From NCBI GenBank assembly GCA_049315725.1, contig JBMOJP010000005.1:1-51188 (forward strand): a DNA stretch of 51,188 nt, written 5' to 3'. Under the pieces are notes generated by a model. That model made no database searches. It had not been told where the DNA came from and saw only the letters and a list, made by a program, of their open reading frames with translations. Numbering within the stretch: the first letter of the stretch is position 1; each line of letters starts with the position of its first letter. This DNA is from Chthoniobacterales bacterium. Lineage in GTDB: Bacteria > Verrucomicrobiota > Verrucomicrobiia > Chthoniobacterales > JACTMZ01. Made by a program: the position numbers and the translations under genes. Positions 19,809 to 28,247 of the stretch are shown here, piece by piece.

Positions 19809-20297
19809 GATGACGTTGAAGGGGAAGGTCAGGGCAAGCGCCGCGGTCAGGTAAATGGCCGGACTCGCTGCGGGCAGCGCCCCGCGCACCGCGGCTGGCG
19901 CGGCGATGTAGCTCGCGCTGGCCGCCAGTGTTCCCAGGATGGTTGCCCCTCCGATGCCCATTCCACTCAGCCACCCGTAGTGCGCCGCCAGCGCGGCCGC
20001 GTTGACGCCGTCGAACCGGCCGAACTTCCGCAGGATGGCAAAACTCCAGACCGGAATGGCCAGGCTCAAAAGCAGCGCGGCCGTGAGCGCTTTCCAGAAA
20101 TCGGCGAAGGCCACGCCGTCCAGCTTGGCCCCACCCTTCAACCCGATGGCAAAAAGCAGGTAAATGGTCAGCCCGGTGTAAATCTCCGGCGGAATCTTCA
20201 GGTCACTGCGAATCAGACTGGCCACGACCCCGAGGAGAAAGGCCAGGACCATGGGGGAGAGCAGGCTCAGAGCAACGGCCTGCTCGCCTGGGTGCAC
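19749..20297 (-). pseudogene. SbtA-family Na+/bicarbonate permease with in-frame internal deletion
   Basis: N-terminal motifs (SDLKIP, YLLFAIGLKGG, AAALAAHYG) joined directly to C-terminal motifs (LAASASYIAAPAA, TFPFN..GIP.Y); about 170-180 aa versus more than 300 aa for typical members. Confidence 0.75.
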
Positions 20298-20320
20298 GGC
20301 CAGGGCCGAAAGGCCTGACC

Positions 20321-21082
20321 TTACGCCGGCCGCACCGCCACGCCGCGCGCGGCGAGGAACTTCTTCACGTCCGCCACGGTGTATTCCCCGAAGTGGAAGA
20401 TGCTCGCGGCCAGCACGGCATCGGCGCCGGCGTGCTGCAGGACATCCGCCATGTGCTCGAGCCGTCCGGCCCCGCCACTGGCGATGACCGGAATGCACAC
20501 CGCGGAGGATACGGCGCGCACCATTTCCATATCGTAGCCTTCCTTGGTCCCGTCGGCGTCCATGCTGGTGAGGAGAATCTCCCCGGCTCCTAGCTCCGCC
20601 GCCCGCGAGGCCCAGGCGACCGCCTCCAGACCCGTCGGATTCCGTCCGCCATGGGTGTAGACCGTCCAGCCGCCCCCGGGACGCCGCCGCGCGTCGATGG
20701 CCACGACGATACACTGGGAGCCGAAGCGCTCCGAGCCCTCGCGGATCAATTTCGGACGCTGGAGGGCGGAGGTGTTGACGCTGACTTTGTCGGCCCCGGC
20801 GCGGAGCATGATTTTCATGTCTTCGACCGTGCGGATGCCGCCGCCGACGGTCAGGGGCATGAAGCATCGGGCCGCGGTGCGTTCGACCACGTCGACCATG
20901 GTGGCGCGGTTGTCCGACGAGGCGGTGATGTCGAGGAAGACCAGCTCGTCCGCCCCCTGGACATCGTAGGCCTGGGCGCACTCGACCGGATCACCCGCAT
21001 CGCGCAGATCGAGGAACTTGGTGCCCTTGACGACCCGTCCGCCCGTCACATCGAGGCAGGGAATGATCCGCTTGGTCAGCAT
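20321..21082 (-). CDS. hisF: Imidazole glycerol phosphate synthase subunit HisF
   Basis: [51 protein letters not shown]. Confidence 0.97.
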   Translation of the reverse strand: MLTKRIIPCLDVTGGRVVKGTKFLDLRDAGDPVECAQAYDVQGADELVFLDITASSDNRATMVDVVERTAARCFMPLTVGGGIRTVEDMKIMLRAGADKVSVNTSALQRPKLIREGSERFGSQCIVVAIDARRRPGGGWTVYTHGGRNPTGLEAVAWASRAAELGAGEILLTSMDADGTKEGYDMEMVRAVSSAVCIPVIASGGAGRLEHMADVLQHAGADAVLAASIFHFGEYTVADVKKFLAARGVAVRPA

Positions 21083-21167
21083 GGGCTGAGGATGACCGCA
21101 GGCGGTGATCCGTGCAATGCGCAGATAAATGCTTTGCCTAAGGCCCGGCGTTTTTTACCGTGCGTTG

Positions 21168-21776
21168 ATGCGTTCGATCCTCATCGGCACCCTCCTCTTC
21201 ACGGGGTCCGTCTTTTTGACGGGTTGCGCGAACCGCCAGGGCGTCGGTTATTTCCACACCGTGGTGGTGGATGCGGGCCACGGCGGCATCGACAAGGGCG
21301 CCCGGGGCTCGGACGGCTCGGTGGAGAAAACGTATACCCTCGACACGGCCAAGCGGCTCGAGCGTGCGCTCAGGTCCCGCGGCTATCGGGTTATCATGAC
21401 GCGCAAGAACGACACCTTCATTCCCCTGCCAACCCGGGCGGCCATCTCGAACCGGGAGCGTGGTGCGATTTTCGTCAGCGTGCATTACAACTGGGCCGGC
21501 CGTTCCTCGGCCGAGGGATCGGAGACTTACTACTTCAACGCCAAGTCCTACCCGCTCGCGGCCAACATCCAGAGCGAGCTCGCCCGCGTGGCGACTCCGA
21601 GTCGTGGGGTCAAACGCGCCCGCTTCCATGTGCTGCGCAACAACACGCGGCCGGCCGCGCTGGTCGAGTTCGGCTTCGTCTCCTGCCCCTCCGAACTGCG
21701 GGACATCAAATCCGCCGGCTACCGCCAGCGCATGGTCGATGCCGTGGTGCGGGGCATCATCAAATCAGGGAACTGA
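21168..21776 (+). CDS. N-acetylmuramoyl-L-alanine amidase (Amidase_3), probable lipoprotein
   Basis: Lipobox-like FLTGC; VVDAGHGG.D.GA, EK, FVSVHYN, LVEFGF. Confidence 0.9.
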   Translation: MRSILIGTLLFTGSVFLTGCANRQGVGYFHTVVVDAGHGGIDKGARGSDGSVEKTYTLDTAKRLERALRSRGYRVIMTRKNDTFIPLPTRAAISNRERGAIFVSVHYNWAGRSSAEGSETYYFNAKSYPLAANIQSELARVATPSRGVKRARFHVLRNNTRPAALVEFGFVSCPSELRDIKSAGYRQRMVDAVVRGIIKSGN

Positions 21777-22442
21777 CCGCGGCAGCGAGCTGCCAATCGG
21801 CGGAATCGGACGGCCGAAAATCTCGGGCTGGCCCACTGCTCCACGGTCCAGCCCCGGGGCCAGAGCCTCGAACAGCCGCGCGAAGGAAATGCTGCATTGG
21901 AGGCGCCGCTGGGAATGGTCAATCTTGGGATTGACCTGGATGACCGCCGCGGAGAAAGGCGGAAGGCGTTTGCGTGCGAGCGCGTCGCGACGCACCTCGG
22001 CCAGCGGGCGCGAGGTGTCTTTGACCAGGCGATCGAGCGCGAGCAGATCGTCACGCGTGACCGGGGCCCAGAGAGCCCGCCACTGTTCCGGGGTCACCCG
22101 CGCGGTCAGCGATTGCACAAATCTCTTGCCGCTTCCGTCCTGCTGCCAGAACCCAATGACCAGGAGAAAGGGCTCATCGATGTCGAACTGCCGCAAAGCG
22201 TCGCCCAGGCCCACCGGCGAGCCGAATTTCGTCGCCTTCGGATTGACCGGAACTCCGCCATGCTCCCGGTTGGCCGAGGCGGGAATGTCCCACTTGTCCG
22301 TCGGACCCGCCGCCCGATGCCCGCCGAAAAACGTGTCCGCCACCCAATGCTCGAACGTCAGCCCGTGCTCCTGGATCTCGGTGGCGGAGAGCAGTCCGGA
22401 AAGCAGAAGCAGGGCGGCGGCGGCAAAAGGGTGAACACGCAT
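21765..22442 (-). CDS. Exported protein with putative PD-(D/E)xK restriction-endonuclease-like domain
   Basis: Signal peptide MRVHPFAAAALLLLSGLLSA then EIQEHGLTFE...KWDIP...VNPKAT...GDALR...NPKIDHSQRRLQCS. Confidence 0.55.
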   Translation of the reverse strand: MRVHPFAAAALLLLSGLLSATEIQEHGLTFEHWVADTFFGGHRAAGPTDKWDIPASANREHGGVPVNPKATKFGSPVGLGDALRQFDIDEPFLLVIGFWQQDGSGKRFVQSLTARVTPEQWRALWAPVTRDDLLALDRLVKDTSRPLAEVRRDALARKRLPPFSAAVIQVNPKIDHSQRRLQCSISFARLFEALAPGLDRGAVGQPEIFGRPIPPIGSSLPRSVP

Positions 22443-22703
22443 GATGGGGAATCGGCCTTGCTCCAATCTTGCTCGGATTTCGACCTGCGCCAGGACCACG
22501 TCAAAAACGAGGTGGTGGAGGGCCACGATCGGAAATGTCACAAAGTTCCGCTTGCAGCGGAAGCCTCAATCCACCCAGCCGCTGCGAGGCAGCAGGAAGG
22601 CTACGATTCCGGGGAGCGCAGGCCCCACGAAGCGCGAGAGCGCGTGTGCCTCCCATCTCCCGCGGCATCGTTCCGGCGAAGACGGCGGGAGCCAGCGGGG
22701 CCT

Positions 22704-22732
22704 TTGACCTGCCCGCCGATTTCACTTAGCGT
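22704..22732 (+). promoter_or_regulatory. Sigma-70-type promoter
   Basis: TTGACC-N17-TAGCGT, about 120 nt upstream of the glycosyltransferase start. Confidence 0.45.
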
Positions 22733-22849
22733 CCTGCTCATGTCCAGGACTGGCCACGCTTTGAGGGCGCTTCCGACTCCGAGGCTAAACGACCGCCAGA
22801 GACAAATGAGCTTCGTCTTGTCGGCCTCATTCACCCCCACCCCCTAACC

Positions 22850-24004
22850 GTGCGCATCATCGTCACCGGCCTGATCGGTCAATACGCGTTCGGCGGCGTC
22901 ACCTGGGACTACATCCAATACGCTCTGGGGTTTCGCGCCCTCGGGCACGACGTGTGGTATCTGGAGGATACGGGCGCCTGGGCTTACGACCCCGTGGCAC
23001 AGGAACCAAGCGCGGACTGCTCGCACAACGTGGCCTACCTTTCGAGGGTCATGAACGCCTTCGACATGGGCGACCGCTGGATCTACCGCAATGGAGCAGA
23101 TGGCACTTACCACGGTCCCGCTACGACGGCTGAAGCGGAGAAGCTGATCGCCGAGGCCGACATTCTGGTCAATGTCTCCGGCGCGGCCTGGCTGACCGAC
23201 GCCACGGCGGCGATTCGCCGCAAGTTGTTTTTGGATGGCGACCCGATGTTCACCCACATCGGGTTGGTCACGCATGGCGGAACGGAGGAGCGGATCCGCA
23301 TGCATGACCGGCATTTTTCTTTCGGGCTCAACATCGGAAGCCCCGGCTGCCTGGTTCCCACCGGCGGGTTGACCTGGCATCCCACCGTCCAGCCGATCGC
23401 GCTCGAGCATTGGGATCCACAGGCTGAAGCCCCCCTGGCCGTCTCGCGCGGCGCCTGGAGCACGGTCATGAACTGGTCCAGCTACAAACCAAAGGAGTTC
23501 GACGGAGAGACCTACGGTCAGAAGGACGAGGAGTTCCTGAAGTTCGTTCTTCTGCCGGAGAAAACCCGCGAGTCTTTCGTGCTGGCCATGGGCCATGGCG
23601 TGGGGAAAAGCCGCCCCACGGACATGCTGGAGTCCCATGGCTGGAGCATCGTCGAGCCGGACATTCATCTCCCCGATTACCTGACCTATCGGGATTTCCT
23701 TGCCGGTTCGAAAGCCGAGTGGAGCATCGCCAAAAACGGCTATGTCAAATCCCGCAGCGGTTGGTTTAGTTGCCGCAGCGCCTGCTATCTGGCCCTCGGC
23801 AAACCGGTTGTCGTGCAAGACACCGGATGGAGCGACTCCCTGCCCTCGGGCGATGGGGTGCTCGCCTTCTCCGATCTCGAGGGTGCCACCCGGGCCGTGG
23901 CCGACGTGGCGGCGAACTATGCGCATCACAAAAAGGCCGCGCGCGCCTATGCGGAAAAGCATTTTGACGCCCGAGCCGTCTGCGCGGATCTGCTCGAGCA
24001 TTAG
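22850..24004 (+). CDS. Glycosyltransferase-like protein (GT-B fold)
   Basis: GTG start; GGVTWDYIQYALGFRALGHDVWYLED; SGWFSCRSACYLALGKPVVVQDTG; C-terminal AEKHFDARAV. Confidence 0.8.
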   Translation: MRIIVTGLIGQYAFGGVTWDYIQYALGFRALGHDVWYLEDTGAWAYDPVAQEPSADCSHNVAYLSRVMNAFDMGDRWIYRNGADGTYHGPATTAEAEKLIAEADILVNVSGAAWLTDATAAIRRKLFLDGDPMFTHIGLVTHGGTEERIRMHDRHFSFGLNIGSPGCLVPTGGLTWHPTVQPIALEHWDPQAEAPLAVSRGAWSTVMNWSSYKPKEFDGETYGQKDEEFLKFVLLPEKTRESFVLAMGHGVGKSRPTDMLESHGWSIVEPDIHLPDYLTYRDFLAGSKAEWSIAKNGYVKSRSGWFSCRSACYLALGKPVVVQDTGWSDSLPSGDGVLAFSDLEGATRAVADVAANYAHHKKAARAYAEKHFDARAVCADLLEH

Positions 24005-24139
24005 AGCATTTTCGGAAAAGCCATAGCCACGGAGAGAGCAAGGTGATGATTTTGCGCTGGCACACCGGCGCAGCATCCCTCTGACTATCGTCTCCAATCC
24101 TCCCAAAACCGTGGCTGCACTTTTCTTGAACTCGCGATA
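24002..24139. repeat. Degenerate MITE-like element with imperfect terminal inverted repeats
   Basis: TAGAGCATTTTCGGAAAAGCCATAGCCACGG versus reverse complement of the right end TATCGCGAGTTCAAGAAAAGTGCAGCCACGG; TA at both ends. Confidence 0.35.
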
Positions 24140-24174
24140 AGCCGGCGAGGGGTCAACCCCACCTACGGCGGACC

Positions 24175-24247
24175 TGGAGGTAAGGGGAGTCGAACCCCTG
24201 ACCTTCTCATTGCGAACGAGACGCTCTACCAACTGAGCTATACCCCC
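24175..24247 (-). tRNA. tRNA-Ala (anticodon CGC)
   Basis: GGGGGTATAGCTCAGTTGGTAGAGCGTCTCGTTCGCAATGAGAAGGTCAGGGGTTCGACTCCCCTTACCTCCA: full cloverleaf, G3:U70 Ala identity pair, CCA not encoded. Confidence 0.97.
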
Positions 24248-24603
24248 TGTGACCGTGGAGAATTTTAGTCAACAAGGCGGGTCAGCCGCAAGTCAAAGGC
24301 GGCGGGCTCAGGCAAAGCACCAAGTCGCAGTCACCAACTCCCCCCAGCCAAGGGGTTCCGTTCGGTCATCAATCCCCCTGCCTTCAAGGGGATTTCTGAC
24401 GAACCGGTCACCCTTCCAAACTATGCCGCGCCCGCGCCGAATCGTGGAGCAACGCCAACAACTCGGCAGACCGCCGCATCGAGTCGTAAGGATGCCGGTA
24501 TCCAAGCGGATCGCGGTGTTGATGCCCTGCAAGAGCGCGCTGCCGTCGCCCTGCTCTGGTCCATGGATGTTGCTCATGAACCACCACCTTCCGAGATCTC
24601 CCG

Positions 24604-24679
24604 TTCAAGGTAGCCCTGTGGGCAGAGCAGAGGGCTGGAAATCCTCGTGGCGGGGGTTCGATTCCCTCTCTGGCGACCT
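24604..24679 (+). pseudogene. Decayed tRNA (tRNA-Phe-like scaffold, anticodon reads GGA)
   Basis: TA-GCCC-TGTGGGCA-GAGC-A-GAGGG-CTGGAAA-TCCTC-GTGGC-GGGGG-TTCGATT-CCCTC-TCTGGCG-A-CCT has exact tRNA spacing but broken acceptor and D stems. Confidence 0.7.
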
Positions 24680-24960
24680 CCTCCGACAATCAATCGCTTT
24701 CGGAGGATTATTGCCAAAAATAGCCCGTAAAGGCCCGAACACTTTCTCGGGTCTCATGCGTGCCACGGATGGTTCGATTCCCACTGTAATTATACCAAAC
24801 GCTTCCTGCTTTCAGACTATGGTCTTGGCCAAGGGGCACGGCCGTCCCGCCCGTCACGCCCCGACAACAGAGGCGGGACGGCATGTGCTTCCTGGAAAAC
24901 CTGCGCAAGAACAACGCTGGAGCACGTGGGTTTTGCATCGTTCCGGATTAGTCACAGCTC

Positions 24961-24977
24961 TAGGCACGGAACTTGCT
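24961..24977 (+). promoter_or_regulatory. Sigma-54 (-24/-12) promoter of the REC-glutaminase gene
   Basis: TAGGCACGGAACTTGCT: GG-N10-GC, near the TGGCACG-N4-TTGC consensus; about 100 nt upstream of ATG 25079. Confidence 0.7.
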
Positions 24978-25078
24978 CAATTGAGCTTGCCGAACAAGCC
25001 TAAACACAAGGCAAAGACCCTCCATCCGCGCGACTTGGACTCGCTGGTATTGAGGCAAATCTCTCCTCACGACCAATC

Positions 25079-26443
25079 ATGCATCCAAAAATTCTCACCG
25101 TTGACGACAGCAAGACGATCCGGATGTTACTGGCGCGCCTCTTTGGGAAGTATCAATGCCAAGTCTTCGAGGCGGCTGATGGCTCCGAGGGGCTCTCCGT
25201 GGCTGTGCGGGAGAAGCCGGACCTCATTATCATCGACTACAACATGCCTGTCATGGACGGCATTACCATGCTGCGGAAGTTGCGGGAGGAAGCGGAGTTT
25301 AAAAAGACCGAGGTGATTATGCTCACTGGTGACACCAGCACACAGATCTTGGCCAGCGTGGCCCGTCTCGGGGTGCGTGACTGCGTGACCAAGCCATTCA
25401 ATGAGGATGAGTTGGTGGCCAAGGCGTTGCGCGTGGTAAAGTTAGAGCCTCGTAATGTGGAAAAAAGCCACGATACGTCCACGATTCAATCGTTGCTGGA
25501 AAAACTCCATGCACGCTACAAGGGTGTCAACGATGGCGAGTTGGCCAGCTACATCCCGGAATTGACCAAGGCCAACCCGGACCACTTCGGCATCTGTCTG
25601 GCCTCAGTGGAAGGCACCATGTTCCAAGCGGGCGACTGCAATGTGGAGTTCACGATCCAGTCCGTCTCCAAAGCGCTGGTCTACGCCCGAGCGCTCACCA
25701 TGCACGGCCGGGACAAGGTCACCCAGCGCGTCGGAATCGAACCGAGCGGCGATACCTTCAACTCCATCAATCTCGACAAGCAAAACCGAGCCTTCAACCC
25801 CATGGTCAATGCCGGCGCGATCACCGCGACCGGGTTGATCGAGGGTGCCTCGCTCGCGGAGCGGCGGGAAAACCTCCTCAAGACTTTCAGCAAGGCTGCG
25901 GGGAGGGAGCTCAAGATTGACGAGCGCGTCTACAAGTCCGAGAGCCTGACAGGGCACCGCAACCGGGCCCTGGTCTGGTTGCTGACGAATTTCGGGCAGG
26001 TCGACGAGGCAGCGACCTTGGACACGCTTGAACTCTACTACATGCAGTGCTCGATCCTGGTGACCGCGCGCGATCTGGCCATTATGGGCGCCACCCTGGC
26101 CAACACGGGGATGAATCCGTTCACCGGCGAGAGTATCTTCGATGTGCACTGCGTGCAGGACACGCTTTCCGTCATGTTCACTTGCGGTATGTATGACTAT
26201 TCGGGCGAATGGGCCTTCCGCGTCGGCATTCCCGCCAAGAGCGGAGTCGGCGGTGGCATCATGGGAGTGGTCAACCGTCAGCTGGGCATCGGCATCTATT
26301 CGCCGCCGCTGGACGACCGCGGGAACAGCGTGCGGGGCATTTTGGCCTGCAGTCATCTTTCGGAGGAGCTAGGCCTGCACGCCTTCAACTTCATGAACGA
26401 CGGGTCCACCTACCTTCGCTCCATGATGGTCGGTGACTCATGA
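25079..26443 (+). CDS. glsA: Response-regulator receiver domain fused to glutaminase (GlsA family)
   Basis: aa 1-122 REC (VDD, D53-YNMP, T83, KPF); aa about 135-454 glutaminase: YIPELTK, FTIQSVSK (catalytic SxxK), EPSG..FN, NPMVNAGAI, CGMYDYSG, PAKSGVGG, SPPLD.RGNS. Confidence 0.93.
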   Translation: MHPKILTVDDSKTIRMLLARLFGKYQCQVFEAADGSEGLSVAVREKPDLIIIDYNMPVMDGITMLRKLREEAEFKKTEVIMLTGDTSTQILASVARLGVRDCVTKPFNEDELVAKALRVVKLEPRNVEKSHDTSTIQSLLEKLHARYKGVNDGELASYIPELTKANPDHFGICLASVEGTMFQAGDCNVEFTIQSVSKALVYARALTMHGRDKVTQRVGIEPSGDTFNSINLDKQNRAFNPMVNAGAITATGLIEGASLAERRENLLKTFSKAAGRELKIDERVYKSESLTGHRNRALVWLLTNFGQVDEAATLDTLELYYMQCSILVTARDLAIMGATLANTGMNPFTGESIFDVHCVQDTLSVMFTCGMYDYSGEWAFRVGIPAKSGVGGGIMGVVNRQLGIGIYSPPLDDRGNSVRGILACSHLSEELGLHAFNFMNDGSTYLRSMMVGDS

Positions 26444-26586
26444 TTTGAGGCTGCCTCGAGGGGGAGATCGGTCATGACATGGTCCAACCGGAATGGTTGA
26501 GGTCTCGCCCAAGGGTCCGACCCGCGCAAGCCTGCGGCCACCCTCAACTCGATCTTTGCCGACCGGCCTAATCAGGCTGCGCCGCC

Positions 26587-27825
26587 CTAGGCGAAGTGGA
26601 TTCGGATCAGCGAAAAATCATCGTCGAGCGGACCGGGGCCGTTGAACCCGTGCAGCCAATCGAGGAGGCGGCGGAAAACATCGGGCGCGGTGGCGTTGGC
26701 CTGCATGAAGTTTCTGAACTCCGCGAACCCGAGCATCTTGCCGTCCGGCTTGGCCACCTCGTAAGTGCCGTCGCACAAGACGAAGAGACGCGAACCGGGA
26801 GGAATCTCGCGCGAGGCTGAGGCGTAGGGGAGGTTCTCCAGGTAGCCGATCATCAGGCCCGACTTGTTGAGGTCCTCGATCTCGCCGCCCGGCAGAACGA
26901 GAAGCGCGGGGGGATGGCCACCGCTGGCGTGGCGCAACATGCGGGTCGGGGTGTGGTAGACGCCATACCAGATGGTGAAATACATGTCGTTGTTCCGCTC
27001 CATGGGGAAGGCGGAGTTGAGGGCCTGAAGCACTGCGCCGGGATCACGAAAATCGACGCCGGGCAACGCGCCGGACCTGATCGCATTGATCGCGCTGACC
27101 GAGAGCAGGGCTGCGCCCACCCCGTGACCGCAGACGTCGAGCAGATAGATGGCGAAATGCTCGTCATCGATCCAGTGGTAGCCGAAGGAGTCGCCGGCCA
27201 GTTCGGTGGACGGCTCGTAGTGCCAGTCGATCGCATACGGCTTTTGCGTGGGCTCCGGCAGGATGCTGCGGACATACATGGCCGCATCATCGAGTTCCTT
27301 GGCCAGGCGCTTCTGCGTCCGCTCGAGCAATTCCTTTTCCTCCTGCAGCTGGATGAAGCGCAGGCGATCAAGGTCGCGCAGCCGTTTCTTTTCGATGGAG
27401 GAGGTGACTCTTGCGCGCAGTAGCGTCGGGTTGAAAGGCTTCGGCAGGTAATCCTCGGCGCCGGCCTCGATGCACTGCACCGCATTTTCGAGTTGTTCGG
27501 CCCCGGAAACAACGATGACGGGAAGACCGCTCAGCTCCGGACTCGATTTGATGGTCTGCAGCACCTCCATGCCGTTCATCTCCGGCATCTCCATGTCGAG
27601 CAACATCAGGTCGAAGGACTTCTCCTTGATCAAGCCCACCGCCTGGCGCCCGTCGGCCGCCTCGGTGATCTTTTTGAACCCCAGCTCATGCAGTGATCTG
27701 ATCAAAATCATCCGCATCGTCCGGCTGTCATCGACGACGAGCACCTCCGATTCCTCGAGGGGCTTGATGGTGAGTTCAGCTAGCGACGAGGAAATCGGCA
27801 TTGTTGTTTCTTGTTGATTACTCAT
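26587..27825 (-). CDS. Receiver-PP2C/SpoIIE serine phosphatase (RsbU-like)
   Basis: REC (VDDSRTMR, LDMEMP, KPF), coiled coil, then LAGDSFG, DVCGHGVGAAL, CDG and DDDFSL PP2C motifs. Confidence 0.92.
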   Translation of the reverse strand: MSNQQETTMPISSSLAELTIKPLEESEVLVVDDSRTMRMILIRSLHELGFKKITEAADGRQAVGLIKEKSFDLMLLDMEMPEMNGMEVLQTIKSSPELSGLPVIVVSGAEQLENAVQCIEAGAEDYLPKPFNPTLLRARVTSSIEKKRLRDLDRLRFIQLQEEKELLERTQKRLAKELDDAAMYVRSILPEPTQKPYAIDWHYEPSTELAGDSFGYHWIDDEHFAIYLLDVCGHGVGAALLSVSAINAIRSGALPGVDFRDPGAVLQALNSAFPMERNNDMYFTIWYGVYHTPTRMLRHASGGHPPALLVLPGGEIEDLNKSGLMIGYLENLPYASASREIPPGSRLFVLCDGTYEVAKPDGKMLGFAEFRNFMQANATAPDVFRRLLDWLHGFNGPGPLDDDFSLIRIHFA

Positions 27826-27842
27826 GGTGTGTTCGCCGTGAT

Positions 27843-28247
27843 CTATGGCGTCGGGTCGTCAGTGGCCGCTCGGGGCATGAGCGGGAGGATTTTGTTGATT
27901 TTCCCCAGGAGCGCTTGCTCCTCGAAGGGCTTCACGATGTAGTCCCGTGCTCCCAGACGCGCAACGGCGGAGATGATCGCGCGGCCCGACTCGGCGGTGA
28001 GCATGATGACCGGCGTCGCTTTGAGGGCCGCGTCCTCGCGCAGGCGGGAGAGCATGGTCAGCCCGTCCATCACCGGCATGTTGTAATCGAGGATGATGAG
28101 TTGCGGCCCTTTCTCCGCGGCGACGGCCAAGCCTTCCGCGCCGTTGGATGCCTCGCAGACCTCGACGGCAAAGGGTCGCAGGATGCGTGCAAGGAGCAGT
28201 CGTATCGTCTTGCTGTCATCGACGGTGAGAATGGTCGGATCGCTCAT
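27843..28247 (-). CDS. cheY: CheY-like single-domain response regulator
   Basis: 134 aa stand-alone REC (ILTVDDSKTIR, DYNMPVMDG, MLTAE, KPF) within the che operon; ATGA-coupled to cheX. Confidence 0.88.
   Translation of the reverse strand: MSDPTILTVDDSKTIRLLLARILRPFAVEVCEASNGAEGLAVAAEKGPQLIILDYNMPVMDGLTMLSRLREDAALKATPVIMLTAESGRAIISAVARLGARDYIVKPFEEQALLGKINKILPLMPRAATDDPTP

Noticed and set aside
20253-20981. 410-aa ORF 19749-20981 as a hisF-sbtA fusion or full-length transporter
   Set aside because: The upstream part is an alternative frame of hisF; only the last 170-180 aa are SbtA-like.
24175-24247. tRNA-Ala as integration site of the che block
   Set aside because: Its 3' end points away from the block; no duplicated 3' fragment or integrase found.
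24249-25316. 355-aa ORF across the island's left boundary
   Set aside because: Arg/Pro/Ser-rich with no motifs; overlaps the pseudo-tRNAs, the sigma-54 promoter and the glutaminase gene out of frame.
25079-26443. Glutaminase as a CheD substitute that deamidates receptors
   Set aside because: It is a beta-lactamase-fold GlsA acting on free glutamine, unrelated to CheD; CheB can already deamidate receptors.
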